A stretch of 64,000 nucleotides of DNA from an uncultured Spirochaetota bacterium (GTDB lineage Bacteria; Spirochaetota; Spirochaetia; SZUA-6; Fen-1364), in assembly GCA_963734545.1 (NCBI GenBank), contig CAVTHO010000006.1:256001-320000 (forward strand). The letters are read 5' to 3'. Positions 22,159 through 31,429 of this stretch are shown here, piece after piece. Both the position numbers and the translations under genes were made by a program. The notes beneath the pieces are model-generated. The model worked only from the letters and a program-made list of their open reading frames with translations, had not been told where the DNA came from and searched no databases. Each line of letters begins with the position of its first letter. The stretch's first letter is position 1.

Positions 22159-22217
22159 AGACTCGCAGAGTCCCGTTGAGACTCGCGGAGTCCCGTTGAG
22201 ACTCTTTAGAGTCCCGC
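22159..22217. repeat. Three ~20-bp tandem units, each carrying a GACTC-N3/4-GAGTC hairpin
   Basis: AGACTCGCAGAGTCCCGTTG, AGACTCGCGGAGTCCCGTTG, AGACTCTTTAGAGTCCCGC. Confidence 0.9.
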
Positions 22218-23009
22218 TTTTCGGATGGCATCCTCGGCGCTCATACCTTCGTGGATCACGGCCTTGAAAGCCCTCACATTGGCCGTCACGTTGTCGAAGC
22301 CCCAGATATTGCGTCCGATCGTGGCCCCTGCCGCGCCGCTCCGCACGACGTCAGCCATCATCGCGAGCGCCCCGCGCATATCATGCGCCTTTGGCCCCCC
22401 CGCGGCCACCAGCCGCACCGGGCTCTCCGCCACGATCTGCCTGTACGCAGCCACATCCCCGCAGTAGGGAACCTTGATCACGTCCACACCGAGCTCAGCC
22501 GCGCATCGCGCCGCCCAGGCAATGTCCTCCGGCGTGAAGGAGACCTGCGCGGTCCCACCGGCAAAGGTCCGGGGATAGACATGGCAGATCACGGGCATCT
22601 CGAAACGATCCGCTTCGCGCACCGCCTCTGCCACTGCCTGCATGTAGCGCCATTCGGTGGGCCCCCGCACGAAGCAAACGATGGCGAAGGCGTCCGCACC
22701 CACGCGGACCGCGTCCTCGGGAGTAGCTGCCTGTCCCATCGCGGAGTCATCGTACCTCACCAGCGAGCTCTGCAGGATCAGCGGCACAAGCCCCGCGTGA
22801 TTCTGCCAGAGGGTTTTTGCCATCCCGATCTGCATGGTGACGGCATCGGGTTTCCCTTTTACGATCGCTTTCAACGCCGTGGCCATGTCACGCAGACCTG
22901 CCGGCAGGCCATCCGGGTAGATCACGAAATGATCGACCGCCACGGAGCAGAGCCGGCCGCTTGCGTGGGCAAAAAGCCTGTTGAGGCGCACGAGCTTTCC
23001 TGTATTCAT
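22206..23009 (-). CDS. DhnA/LsrF-type class I aldolase
   Basis: VAVDH, GVDVIKVPY (Schiff-base Lys), AAGGPK, GATIGRNIW. Confidence 0.88.
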   Translation of the reverse strand: MNTGKLVRLNRLFAHASGRLCSVAVDHFVIYPDGLPAGLRDMATALKAIVKGKPDAVTMQIGMAKTLWQNHAGLVPLILQSSLVRYDDSAMGQAATPEDAVRVGADAFAIVCFVRGPTEWRYMQAVAEAVREADRFEMPVICHVYPRTFAGGTAQVSFTPEDIAWAARCAAELGVDVIKVPYCGDVAAYRQIVAESPVRLVAAGGPKAHDMRGALAMMADVVRSGAAGATIGRNIWGFDNVTANVRAFKAVIHEGMSAEDAIRKAGL

Positions 23010-23109
23010 ATGGCAGTCATGATAGTCCGAACAGGAGCAAGGGACAAGGACGCGCCGATTGCGACGCGCCCCCTTGCCCCGAACGGCCGCGATCGTTACG
23101 GTTTCGCAC

Positions 23110-24036
23110 ATGCCCCGCACGGCTTCGGTCTTCGCCAACGACTCCCTGCTCCTCCTCACGGCCGCGATCTGGGGGCTGGCGTTCGTGGCGCAAAGGGCCG
23201 GTATGGAGCACGTCGGGCCTTTCACCTACAATGCCCTCAGATTCGCGCTCGGCGCTCTTTCACTCGTACCGATCATCCTGATCCGCGGCGCCCCTGCCGC
23301 GCCCCCGCAGCACCCCGCGAGCGTACCTGCCCGCGCGGGGCGCGCGATCCCTGCGGGGCTGCTCGCCGGCGTGGTGCTTTTTTTCGGCGCATCCCTGCAG
23401 CAGTCGGGGATCGTGTGGACGACAGCCGGCAAGGCGGGATTCATTACAGGGCTGTATGTCGTGCTCGTCCCCCTTGCCGGACTCCTCTGGGGCCAGCGGG
23501 CAGGGGCAAGCGCGTGGGTCGGGGCGTTCCTTTGCGTTGCCGGGCTCTTCCTTCTCAGTGTGACCGACAGTCTCACGATCGAGCGCGGGGACCTCCTCGT
23601 GCTCATCAGTGCGTTCCTCTGGGCGGCGCATGTCCAGGTTCTGGGATGGCTGTCGCCGCGGGTCGACCCATTTCGCCTCTCCTGCGTCCAGTTCACCGTC
23701 TGCTCGCTGCTGTGCGCCGGCGGCGCGCTCCTCTTCGAGCGGCCTGCCCTCGACGGCATCCGTGCCGCCGCCTGGCCGATCCTCTACGGCGGGGTCGTGT
23801 CCGCCGGCATTGCCTACACTCTGCAGGTCGTAGCGCAGCGCAGCGCGCCGCCGGCGCATGCGGCGATCCTGCTCAGCCTCGAAAGCGTGTTCGCGGCAAT
23901 CGGCGGCAGCGTGGTTCTCGGCGAGCGCCTCGGGACGCGCGGGGTGAGCGGCTGTGCGATCATGTTCCTGGGCATGCTCGTATCCCAGATCCCGCTTGTC
24001 ACGGCTTCCCTGGCGCCCCGCTGGCGGCGCAGGTAG
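23110..24036 (+). CDS. EamA/DMT family transporter
   Basis: IWGLAFVAQR, TAGKAGFITGLYV, AYTLQVVAQ, LSLESVFA. Confidence 0.9.
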   Translation: MPRTASVFANDSLLLLTAAIWGLAFVAQRAGMEHVGPFTYNALRFALGALSLVPIILIRGAPAAPPQHPASVPARAGRAIPAGLLAGVVLFFGASLQQSGIVWTTAGKAGFITGLYVVLVPLAGLLWGQRAGASAWVGAFLCVAGLFLLSVTDSLTIERGDLLVLISAFLWAAHVQVLGWLSPRVDPFRLSCVQFTVCSLLCAGGALLFERPALDGIRAAAWPILYGGVVSAGIAYTLQVVAQRSAPPAHAAILLSLESVFAAIGGSVVLGERLGTRGVSGCAIMFLGMLVSQIPLVTASLAPRWRRR

Positions 24037-24164
24037 GGGGGCTGCGGCAGACCAGGGGTACCGGCCGAGCTGTTGACCCCCCAGGAGCGCCGTCCCTTCC
24101 CCCCCGAACGGCGCGTCGACGCCTTGAAGAGAGCCCCCTATTGGCGCTATTTTAATGGCCAGCC

Positions 24165-25357
24165 ATGAAGAAGAAGCCTGCCACGGTGAAAAAGGCCGCC
24201 ATGAAGAAAAAGCCTGCAGCGAAGAAACGGCCGCTCCTGAAGAAAAAGCCAGTTGCAGTAAAGAAAGCCGCCGTGAAGAAGGCGCCCGTCACGGTCAAGA
24301 AGCCCGTGGCGAAGAAGGCGTCGGCAGCGAAGAAGGGGCCGGCGGCGAAGAAGGGCGGAGGCCTGCTCAGGCGAAAAGCACGTCGCAAAAGGAGCAGAAG
24401 ATCGCCCTCCTGGGCAAGGCTTCGCTCTTCAGGCAGCTCAGCCCGGAGGAGCTCGGTACCATTGCGCGATACAGCGGGTATCGGACCTGCGCCGCGGGAG
24501 AGGTGATCTTCGAGCAAGGGAGCCACCGGGAAGAGCTGTATCTCATCAAGGAAGGCACCGTGGCCATCCGCCGCCATGCGGAGGACGGCGAAGACAAGGA
24601 GATCGCGGAGTTCGTTGGGGGCGAGGTTTTCGGCGAGATGGACCTCCTGGACACGGCGCCGCGCAGCGCATCGGCAGTCGCGGAGGGTCCTGCGACACTT
24701 CTCGTGTTTCCGGACGGCCTCGAGTTCAGCGGGCTGCTTGAAAAGCACCCTGACGTGTTTGCCCGGGTACTGAGGAAGCTTCTCGGAGAGATCGCGGGAA
24801 GGATACGCGTCATCGACAAGCTGATATCCGAAAAGACCCCGTGGATCGAGGAGCTGAAAAAACAGCTTCTTCGGGATCGACTGACCGGCCTTTACAATCG
24901 GGCATTTCTCGAAGAGGAGCTTCCGGGGATCGTGGCCGCTCATCGCCGTACGAGTCTCCTCGTGGTGAAGCCGGACAATTTCAAGGTCATCAATGACACC
25001 TTCGGTCACGAGGCGGGGGACAAGACGCTGATGCTTCTTGCCGAGGCGGTCAAATCCCGGCTGAAGGACGGGGACATTGGCGCGCGCTTCCGCGGTGACG
25101 AATACTGCGTGATCCTGCCGGGTCGGAGCGCCCGGGACGCGGCGGACGCCGCCGAAGCGCTGCGCGTCGCGGTAAGGGCCATCGATCTGCGGCAGGTCAC
25201 CGGCAGCGACGCGGTCTCCCTCACGGGGAGCGTGGGCGCCTCCGCGCATCCCGCTCCCGCTTCTGATGCAAAGAGCCTCGTGGGGCGCGCATTCGAGCGG
25301 ATGTGGGAAGCGCGCAACGAGGGAGGGGACCGGGTGCGCGTGGAGGGTGACGCATGA
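24165..25357 (+). CDS. cNMP-binding plus GGDEF-domain protein with a Lys/Ala-rich N-terminal tail (frameshift near 24360)
   Basis: FGEMDLL..APRSASA (cNMP), DRLTGLYNR, FKVINDTFGHEAGD, variant active site RFRGDEY; K/A/P tail in ORF 24165-24506. Confidence 0.8.
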
Positions 25358-27509
25358 AGCGGCAGTCACCGGAGCTGCTGGCAAAAGTCGGGAGTCTTCT
25401 CGCTCCTGTCCCGGGAGGAGATCGATCAGGTTGCGGCGCACCTCGCCACTGTCAATCTCACGGCCGGCCAGACCCTTTTCCACGAGGGCGACCAGGGCAA
25501 CGATCTGTACATCATTGCGGACGGCGCGGCGGCAGTGAGCATCAGGCTCCCCGACGGCGGGGACAAGGAGATCGCGCGGTTCGCCCCGGGAGATTTCTTC
25601 GGGGAGATGTCCATCTTCGACAACGCTCCCCGTTCGGCGAGCTGCCGTGCGCTGGAAAAGAGCGTCCTGTACAGCCTCTCCAAGGACGCCTTCACCGACA
25701 TCATCACCGACAACCCCGAGCTCGCCCTCAAGCTCATGTACCGCATGCTGAAGGTGACCACGCAGCGTCTGCGCGGCACGAGCGAGTTCGTCTCCGAGAT
25801 GGTGCTCTGGGGCGAAGGCGCGCGCAAGCGCGCCGTGACCGACGAGCTGACAGGGGTGTACAACAGGCGCTTTCTCGAAGACTCCCTCGGCAACTACGTG
25901 GCGGAGGCGCGGGAGAAGGGGGAGCCGCTCTCCCTCGTGATGGTCGACCTGGACCACTTCCGCCAGATCAATGAGCTGTACGGCCATCCGAAAGGGGATG
26001 CCACGGTCCGCAGCGCGGCCCAGCTTTTCCGCTCCCTCCTGCGGGAAACGGACGTGATTGCCCGCTACGGCGGGGACGAGTTCGTCATCATCATGCCGCA
26101 CACGGACCCGGCCCTCGCAACGGAGCTCATGTCCCGGGTGTGCGCGGAGGTGGCACGGCTGGAGATCCTCAAGGACATGAAGGGCGCCATCACCACGGTG
26201 ACCTCGAGCATGGGCGTGGCGGGGTTCCCCCTGCACGCGTCTGATCTCTCCGGGCTGCGCGCGGCGGCCGATGCCGCGCTCTACAGGGCCAAGGAGGAGG
26301 GAAGGAACCGCGCCGTGTGCGCGCCCCTCCCGGCGCAGGACCCGGCGGCCCGCGAAGACCGCGATCCGGAGCATCAAGGAGAAGAACACGATCATCGCCC
26401 GGATCATCGAGGCCATCGTCGAGCGGCACCATTTCCTGGTGCTCGGGCACCAGAGCCCCGATGACGACTGCATTTCCTCCATGATCTCATTCGCCCTCCT
26501 GCTCCACATGTTCTACAAGGACGTGGCCCTGTATCTCGGCCCCCAGGTGCACGAGCGTTTCAAGTACCTGCTCGACATCTGCCGCTACAACTCCATCCGG
26601 CTTCTCTCTCCCGAAGATGCTCCCGCGGCGGGAACGGACACGGTGGTGCTCTGCGACACGCCCAAGCCCTCGATGATCGAGGCGAGTCCCTCCGTGAACG
26701 CGATCCTGCACGCGCCGGGGGTGCTGCGAATCGAGATCGATCATCATCTGGGCGCGGACAGCGAGCATTTCGGCGACGAGGGCTACCGCCTCGTCACCGA
26801 GGCATCCTCCGCGAGCGAGCTGATCGGGCACATACTGTTGAAGCTCGAGGGACGCCCGGACCTGCTCGAGCGCCACCAGGTGGGGGAGCTTTTTCCCCGC
26901 AATCTCGTGCTCGCCATCCTCACCGGCATCATCGGGGACTCGAACATGGGCCAGTACCTGAAGTCCCGCAGGGAGAAGAGGTACTACCAGATCTTCTCCG
27001 GCATGTTCAATGAAATGCTCTCCCGGCGCACCACGAAGAAGACGAACTTTTCGACGATGGACCAGGTGTTCACCGAGCTGCAGAAGCTTTCCAACCGCGA
27101 GGAGGACTGCTTCAGCTACATGATGAGCCGCAAACGGCTTTCCGGCTCGCTCGCCGTCGTGGCGCTGACGCTGGAAGACATGGCGCCGCTGTTCGCCAAG
27201 TGCGACGATGACACCATCGTGTCCAGCGCGCGCGTGATTGCCGACCGTCTGGCCGAGGAGAGCGGCAAGCTCGGGCTCGTGGCCTATTTCGACAATCCCG
27301 AGCACGGGGACCTCGTGCAGTTCAGACTGCGCCGCTCCAGCAGTTGGAAGCTCTACGATCTGCGCAAGCTTCTCGAGCGCTTTTCCATTGCGAACGGGGG
27401 AGGCCACGAGGGAGCAATCGGATTCAGGGTCCCGCGCTCCGAGATCGGCGACTTTCCCGGGTACATAACGACGCTGGTAGAAGGGATCGAGGCAGCCATC
27501 AGCGAGTAG
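25354..27509 (+). CDS. cNMP-GGDEF protein probably fused to a DHH/DHHA1 phosphoesterase (frameshifts near 25400 and 26345)
   Basis: FFGEMSIF..APRSAS; DLDHFRQINELYGH, RYGGDEF; GHQSPDDD, IDHH, GIIGDS, GGGHEGA. Confidence 0.78.
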
Positions 27510-27510
27510 G

Positions 27511-27543
27511 CGCGGCGCCACATCCGCGGACTACCGCGGCGCG
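27511..27543. repeat. Dispersed copy of the 26-bp CCGCGG repeat unit
   Basis: CGCGGCGCCACATCCGCGGACTACCGCGGCGCG matches the 21411-21510 array; also between convergent genes. Confidence 0.85.
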
Positions 27544-27556
27544 CAACGGCACGCGG

Positions 27557-28802
27557 TCAGGACCGGACCCGCAGCCCGTATACATCTGCCAGCAGCCGCG
27601 TTGCCGCCTCCAGATTCGCCTCGCAGGCGGAAGGCATCGACACGAGCTTTTCCGCGGCCCCTGTATCCTTGAATCCCGTGCCTGTCAGGAGCACCACCAC
27701 CCGGGATTCCGGATCCACCTTGTGACGGTCCTTGAGGAATCCGGCCCACGCGGCCGCGGAAGAGGGCTCCACGAACAGGCCTGCCTCCCGGCAGAGCTCC
27801 GCCTGGGCGCTGCTGATCTCCGCGTCACTCACCTCCACCGCCCTGCCCCCCGTCTGCCGGAGAAAAGCAAGGGCCATGTGCCCGCTGGCCGGCCGGCACA
27901 CGGCAAGTGAATCCGCGATGGTCGAGGTACGAGGGAGAACGGTCTCGCGGGCATCCCTCCAGCTCTGCGCAAGGGCGTTGCTCCCCTCTGCCTGCACCGC
28001 GACCATGACAGGCATCCTGATCCGTGCAGCCCGCCTCCACGAGGTCTGCGAATCCCTTGCACGCGCCGGAGAATATGACTCCGTCCCCCGTTGGCACGTA
28101 CACCACATCCGGCACGCGGCACCCGAGCTGATTGTACAGCTCGAGGGAGACGGTCTTTTTTCCTTCCACGGTGAATGGGTTGTACGCGGTATTGCGGTTG
28201 ATGCCGCCGTATTCCCTCGTATAGGCCATGGACAGGGAAAAGGCGTCGTCATACGTGCCTTTCACGGGCACGACCCGGGCGCCGTAGAGAAGAGACTGCA
28301 GGAGCTTGGCGCGCGGCGCGGAGCCGGGCACGAAGAGCACCACGTCGAGGCCGAAGGCCGCGCCCGCGCCTGCCATGGAAGCGCCGGCATTGCCCGTGGA
28401 GGCGAGCGCCACGCGCTTTTCCCCGTGCACCCATGCCTGCGCTGCCACCAGGAGGGAGGCTCGATCCTTGAGGGATCCGGACGGATTCAGCGTGTCGTTC
28501 TTGAAAGAGAGGCGGGGAAACCCGGTTTTCTTCTGCAGAATTGCCGGGTATACCAGCGGGGTATTGCCTGCCGGATAGCTGGGAAGGTCACGGATGGGAA
28601 ACGGCAGGAACTGGAGCGGATCCACCGGGCTGCCCGGCGCCATCCTGGCTCCCGGGCGCCATACCACGGACAGGTATCCCCTGCTGAACCCCTCGGCCGG
28701 GCCATCCTTCTTCGCGGCGGCCGCGCACCAGGGGCATTCGTAGACGATCTCTTCCGACTCGAGCGTGCGGTGGCACGTCACGCACGCGTAGCGAATCTTC
28801 AC
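27557..28802 (-). CDS. Threonine synthase-like PLP enzyme (frameshift near 28020)
   Basis: N-terminal CxxC..CPxC, GNTPL, NPSGSLKDRAS, ASTGNAG, PTGDG, VEPSSAA, LLTGTGFKD. Confidence 0.85.
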
Positions 28803-30265
28803 CTTGCGGTTCCCGCCTCCCGGTTGAAGTCCTCGATCAGCTCGTCGATCCGGGGCGCCTGCTCCTGCAGCGCCGTCCAATAGCGGGCATCGGCCCACTG
28901 CGCGTTCAGCTCGTCTATCTTCTTTCCCTGCTGCTCCACCCACGTGTAGTACTTGAGATTGTGGATGCGCCTCTTCTCGGGTTGGGTGAGCTCCAGGACG
29001 TTGTCCGTGCGCTGCCCGGCAAGGCTCTCCCGATATATGCCGTTGGCCTGCGCCGCATCCAGGTCCCCGTCCTTCTTCGCGAGCTCCTGCACGCGCGAGC
29101 CGTAGAGCTCCATGGAATCCGTCAGGATGGTGACCACGACATCGTCCTCCGCGAGCTCATACCACTTGGCGAGCTTGATCGAGGCCAGGACATTCGCGAT
29201 GCCCGAGATTCCGAGCAGCGGGAGACTCTCGATGAACTTGTCCTCTGCTCCCTGGCGCGCCAGAAGCGCCTTTCCCGGTTTCTCGTTGAACAGCCGCAGG
29301 AGTCCCATGCAGTCCCGGTCATCCACGGCGATCACCGCGTCCGTGTTTCTGACGTTGTGGATCCAGGGCACGTGCTTGTCCCCGATTCCTTCGATCCGGT
29401 GCGCGCCGAAGCCGTTGCAGAGCAGCGTGGGGCACTGCAGCGCCTCGGCCGCGGCGATCTTCATCCCGGGGTGTTTCTTCTTGAGGAAATCCCCGGCCGC
29501 GATCGTTCCGGCAGACCCGGTGGAAGACACAAAGCCCTTGAGCGCGCCCTTGCCGCCCAGCACCTCCTGGAACACCCTGTCCACGGCCGCACCGGTCACC
29601 TCGTAGTGCCAGAGATAGTTTCCGAACTCTTCGAACTGGTTGAAGATCACGATATCGTCACCCCGGTCCCGGGCAAGCTCGTGGCACTTGTCGAAGATCT
29701 CCTTCACGTTGCTCTCGCTTCCCGGCGTGGTGATGACTTCCCCCGCGATCTTCGAGAGCCATTCGAATCTTTCCCTGCTCATTCCCTCGGGGAGTATGGC
29801 GATGGATTGGCAGCCCAGCAGGGCTGAATTGAAGGCGCCTCCCCGGCAGTAGTTGCCCGTGGAAGGCCAGGCAGCCTTCTGCCGGGTCGAGTCAAATGCG
29901 CCTGTCACCAGCGCCGGCGCCAGGCATCCATAGGTGGCGCCCACCTTGTGGGCGCCGGTCGGAAACCATTTTCCCACCAGCGCCACGATCCTGGCCGGTA
30001 TGCCGGTCAGCGCACGGGGTATCTCCAGGTAGTTGACCTCACCGAACAGCCCGCCGCTGGCCTGCGGCTGGTTCCGCCACGTGATGCGCTGAAGATTCAG
30101 CGGGTTCACATCCCAGAGACCCACTTTCCGCAGCGCTTCCTGGAGACTGCGCGAAACCCGGCCCGGCTCTTTCATCCCGGCGAACGTGGGCAGCACGATC
30201 CCTCTCTCCCTGCAGCGCTGGATGTTGCGCGCCCGGATATCCTTGTTGACGGTGAGGCTGATCAT
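28799..30265 (-). CDS. PLP-dependent (fold type II) cysteine synthase-like protein of ygfK/ssnA clusters
   Basis: FPTGAHKVGA, PSTGNYCRGG, STGSAGT, HRIEGIGDKH, IHNLKYYTWVEQQG. Confidence 0.8.
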   Translation of the reverse strand: MISLTVNKDIRARNIQRCRERGIVLPTFAGMKEPGRVSRSLQEALRKVGLWDVNPLNLQRITWRNQPQASGGLFGEVNYLEIPRALTGIPARIVALVGKWFPTGAHKVGATYGCLAPALVTGAFDSTRQKAAWPSTGNYCRGGAFNSALLGCQSIAILPEGMSRERFEWLSKIAGEVITTPGSESNVKEIFDKCHELARDRGDDIVIFNQFEEFGNYLWHYEVTGAAVDRVFQEVLGGKGALKGFVSSTGSAGTIAAGDFLKKKHPGMKIAAAEALQCPTLLCNGFGAHRIEGIGDKHVPWIHNVRNTDAVIAVDDRDCMGLLRLFNEKPGKALLARQGAEDKFIESLPLLGISGIANVLASIKLAKWYELAEDDVVVTILTDSMELYGSRVQELAKKDGDLDAAQANGIYRESLAGQRTDNVLELTQPEKRRIHNLKYYTWVEQQGKKIDELNAQWADARYWTALQEQAPRIDELIEDFNREAGTAR

Positions 30266-30355
30266 GTATCGATGGAATCCCGGGCAGAGCCGGATGTCAA
30301 GATTGCCGCCCGGGACGACTCCAGGAGACCATTGCTTCGCTGCGGCGGTCGGTGG

Positions 30356-30820
30356 CTATTTCACCCCGTACACTGCCACGCGTGCTTTACCCTCCTGCCA
30401 TGTGCCCACGGTCTTGTACGTGAACTGGATGGACCTGATTTTGCGCTCTCGTCCGTTCAGGTCGATCAGCCGGGATCGCGAGCCTTCATTGAATACAAGC
30501 CGCGTGTTCACTACCTGCTTTTCGCCATTCCCGAAGTCGATCACAAGGTTGAAGAGCTCGATGTCGTTCTTCTCTACGACGAAGTAGAGAGCCCTGAAAG
30601 ATCCCTCGTGGTTGCGGACGGCGATCGTGTCGTGATCGACTCTGTAGTCCACCTCCTGCTCCCCCAGCATGACAGAATCCCTTGGGGGTGCAGGCCTTTC
30701 CGAGCGGGGCGGCCTGTCCGAATGGCCGCTCCTATCCGAAGAGGCGGTAACGACCCAGGGTGCGCCCGCACATGCCGCTACCGACAGCGCAACGGCTGCA
30801 AGAAAAAGGATTTTTCTCAT
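30356..30820 (-). CDS. Lipoprotein, DUF2541/YaaI-like (paralog 1)
   Basis: Lipobox VAAC; LGEQEVDYRVDHDTI...GSRSRLIDLNG. Confidence 0.7.
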   Translation of the reverse strand: MRKILFLAAVALSVAACAGAPWVVTASSDRSGHSDRPPRSERPAPPRDSVMLGEQEVDYRVDHDTIAVRNHEGSFRALYFVVEKNDIELFNLVIDFGNGEKQVVNTRLVFNEGSRSRLIDLNGRERKIRSIQFTYKTVGTWQEGKARVAVYGVK

Positions 30821-30891
30821 ATGTCCTCCGGGACAAGAATAAGAAAAGCGGGCCTCACCGTCTGTGCGCCAGCGCACGCGCTGGCGGCCGG

Positions 30892-31350
30892 CTATTTCAC
30901 CCCGTATACCACCACGCGCGCCTTGCCGTCCTGCCAGTTGCCCACTGTCTTGTAGGTGAACTGGATCGTCTTGATTCTGCGCTTTCCCCCGCTGAAATCG
31001 ATCTGCCGGGAGCGCGAGCCCTCCTTGAATATGAGCCGGGTCTGGAGCTGCTGCTTCTCGCCGTTGCTGTAGGCAATGACGAGGTTGAAGAGCTCCACGT
31101 CATTCTTTTCCACCCTGAAGAAGAGAGACCGGAACGATCCCTCATAGTTGCCGACGGCGATTGTGTCGTGATCGGCCTTGAAGTCCACAGACCGCTCTCC
31201 CAGCAGGACGGAATCCCTCGGCGCCCCAGGGGCGGAGGCCCTGCCCGGAGGGGCGCTGCTCCGGCCCGGAGGAGCAGGCTTGCCCGGAGGGACGGTCGCG
31301 CATGAGCTCACCAGCAGCACAACGGCCGCGAAAAGGAGTAAATTTCTCAT
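30892..31350 (-). CDS. Lipoprotein, DUF2541/YaaI-like (paralog 2)
   Basis: Lipobox VSSC; LGERSVDFKADHDTI...GSRSRQIDFSG; C-terminus nearly identical to paralog 1. Confidence 0.7.
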   Translation of the reverse strand: MRNLLLFAAVVLLVSSCATVPPGKPAPPGRSSAPPGRASAPGAPRDSVLLGERSVDFKADHDTIAVGNYEGSFRSLFFRVEKNDVELFNLVIAYSNGEKQQLQTRLIFKEGSRSRQIDFSGGKRRIKTIQFTYKTVGNWQDGKARVVVYGVK

Positions 31351-31429
31351 ACTGCCTCCTCGGCCATGATTATATCCCGCTCCCGATGGAATTGGACAGC
31401 AGGAGTTTTTAGGGGTAAGATCGTTCCCC

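Noticed and set aside
22159-22217. Mini-CRISPR
   Set aside because: The 20-bp units abut without spacers; this is a simple tandem repeat.
24152-26509. 785-aa antisense ORF and other long shadow ORFs (e.g. 22251-24155, 16471-17982)
   Set aside because: They lie opposite or overlap recognisable genes, have no motifs, and are expected from high-GC codon bias.
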